DNA of 64,000 nucleotides from a virus: IMG/VR virus record IMGVR_UViG_3300047198_000026, positions 38,593 to 102,592 of that record; one strand, 5' to 3'. Shown piece by piece: positions 63,318 to 64,000 of this stretch (position 1 is its first letter; each line of letters starts with the position of its first letter). The notes under the pieces were generated by a model. It saw only the letters and a program-made list of their open reading frames with translations, ran no database searches and was not told where the DNA came from. The position numbers and the translations under genes were made by a program.

Positions 63318-64000
63318 TTAGTTCTTAAATTCCTGTACAAGGATAAAGAAAACTGTGTACAGATTTGAGGATTTTGATCGGCCAACTTTGGGTAAAATTC
63401 CACCAGTTATCCCACCGGCTGCTGTTCCAACCATCCCAACTGCGTTGGCTGCAACTTCTCCACCAGTTGTCCACGTTTTTGTGCTGGCTGCTTCACGAAT
63501 TTGGTACCGAACAGATTTGGCACGATATTTTTGGACTTCCTTACTTCTCAGTCCCTTAAGAACCTCTGTGTAAAGGTCTTTAAATTTGATGTCGTTGGAC
63601 TGCCAAATTACCTCTATCATGCAGTCTGAAACCTTTATGGGTTTTATTGTACCGCATCCAAATCTTGGTAATTCAGTTTGGACATCTCTTTCATTTGGAC
63701 TTATGAAGTTTAGTTCAGAATCCGTCATGTTTGGAGCAGAACCCACGGCAACCGTTTTGGGAATTTTAGGGGCATTAAAAGTGATATCGGTGTCCTGAAT
63801 AGGAGCAATCACCTGATCATTGTTCTGTCCCTGAATCTGTCCCTGTTTTTGCTGCTGTTTCTGACCCTGCTTCTGTCCTTGGCTCTGATTGGCCTCTGCT
63901 GAGGGAGAAAAACTCTTGTTTCCAATACCAACATTGTTGCCTATATTGGTGTTAATCTCAGGCTTAATCTGAGGATTAACATTGATGGTTGGACTTGGGT
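63318..64000 (-). CDS. Gln/Gly-repeat hypothetical protein (start lies beyond the window)
   Basis: Frame stays open past 63812 to the window edge: ...AEANQSQGQKQGQKQQQKQGQIQGQNNDQVIAP... Confidence 0.6.
   Translation of the reverse strand, partial: PSPTINVNPQIKPEINTNIGNNVGIGNKSFSPSAEANQSQGQKQGQKQQQKQGQIQGQNNDQVIAPIQDTDITFNAPKIPKTVAVGSAPNMTDSELNFISPNERDVQTELPRFGCGTIKPIKVSDCMIEVIWQSNDIKFKDLYTEVLKGLRSKEVQKYRAKSVRYQIREAASTKTWTTGGEVAANAVGMVGTAAGGITGGILPKVGRSKSSNLYTVFFILVQEFKN

Noticed and set aside
1-64000. Alternative genetic code (stop codon reassignment)
   Set aside because: Conserved genes such as the polymerase, primase-helicase and RecA are full length in the standard code, and all three stop codons end genes.

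Overview
The window is part of a large tailed dsDNA bacteriophage genome, probably podovirus-like; no host genes, terminase or major capsid gene are visible. It has two converging transcription blocks. Plus strand (1-42.3 kb): four radical SAM/SPASM genes with a PanC-like ligase and a possible GNAT; a free-standing LAGLIDADG; three paralogous C1q-like tail-fibre proteins, one with a 46-Cys repeat insert; tail nozzle and ejection proteins; an AdoMet decarboxylase-like gene; a ~16 kb glycosylation/methylation cluster; and holin/spanin-like genes. Minus strand (42.3-64 kb): SbcC/SbcD-like, RecA, SSB, UvsY-like, UDG-fused family A DNA polymerase, primase-helicase, nucleotide-pool enzymes, two muralytic enzymes, an aberrant tRNA-His and many small ORFs. 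Two candidate undescribed systems stand out. (1) RiPP-type radical SAM maturases sit next to a virion fibre whose Cys-rich insert is a symmetric 93+10+93 aa hairpin, and one maturase carries a miniature copy of the same motif. (2) About 15 otherwise unrelated minus-strand proteins, including the DNA polymerase, share an N-terminal peptide tag M-[E/Q/D]-[I/L]-S-x-N encoded with varied codons. All functional calls are by-eye motif recognition; no database searches were run.
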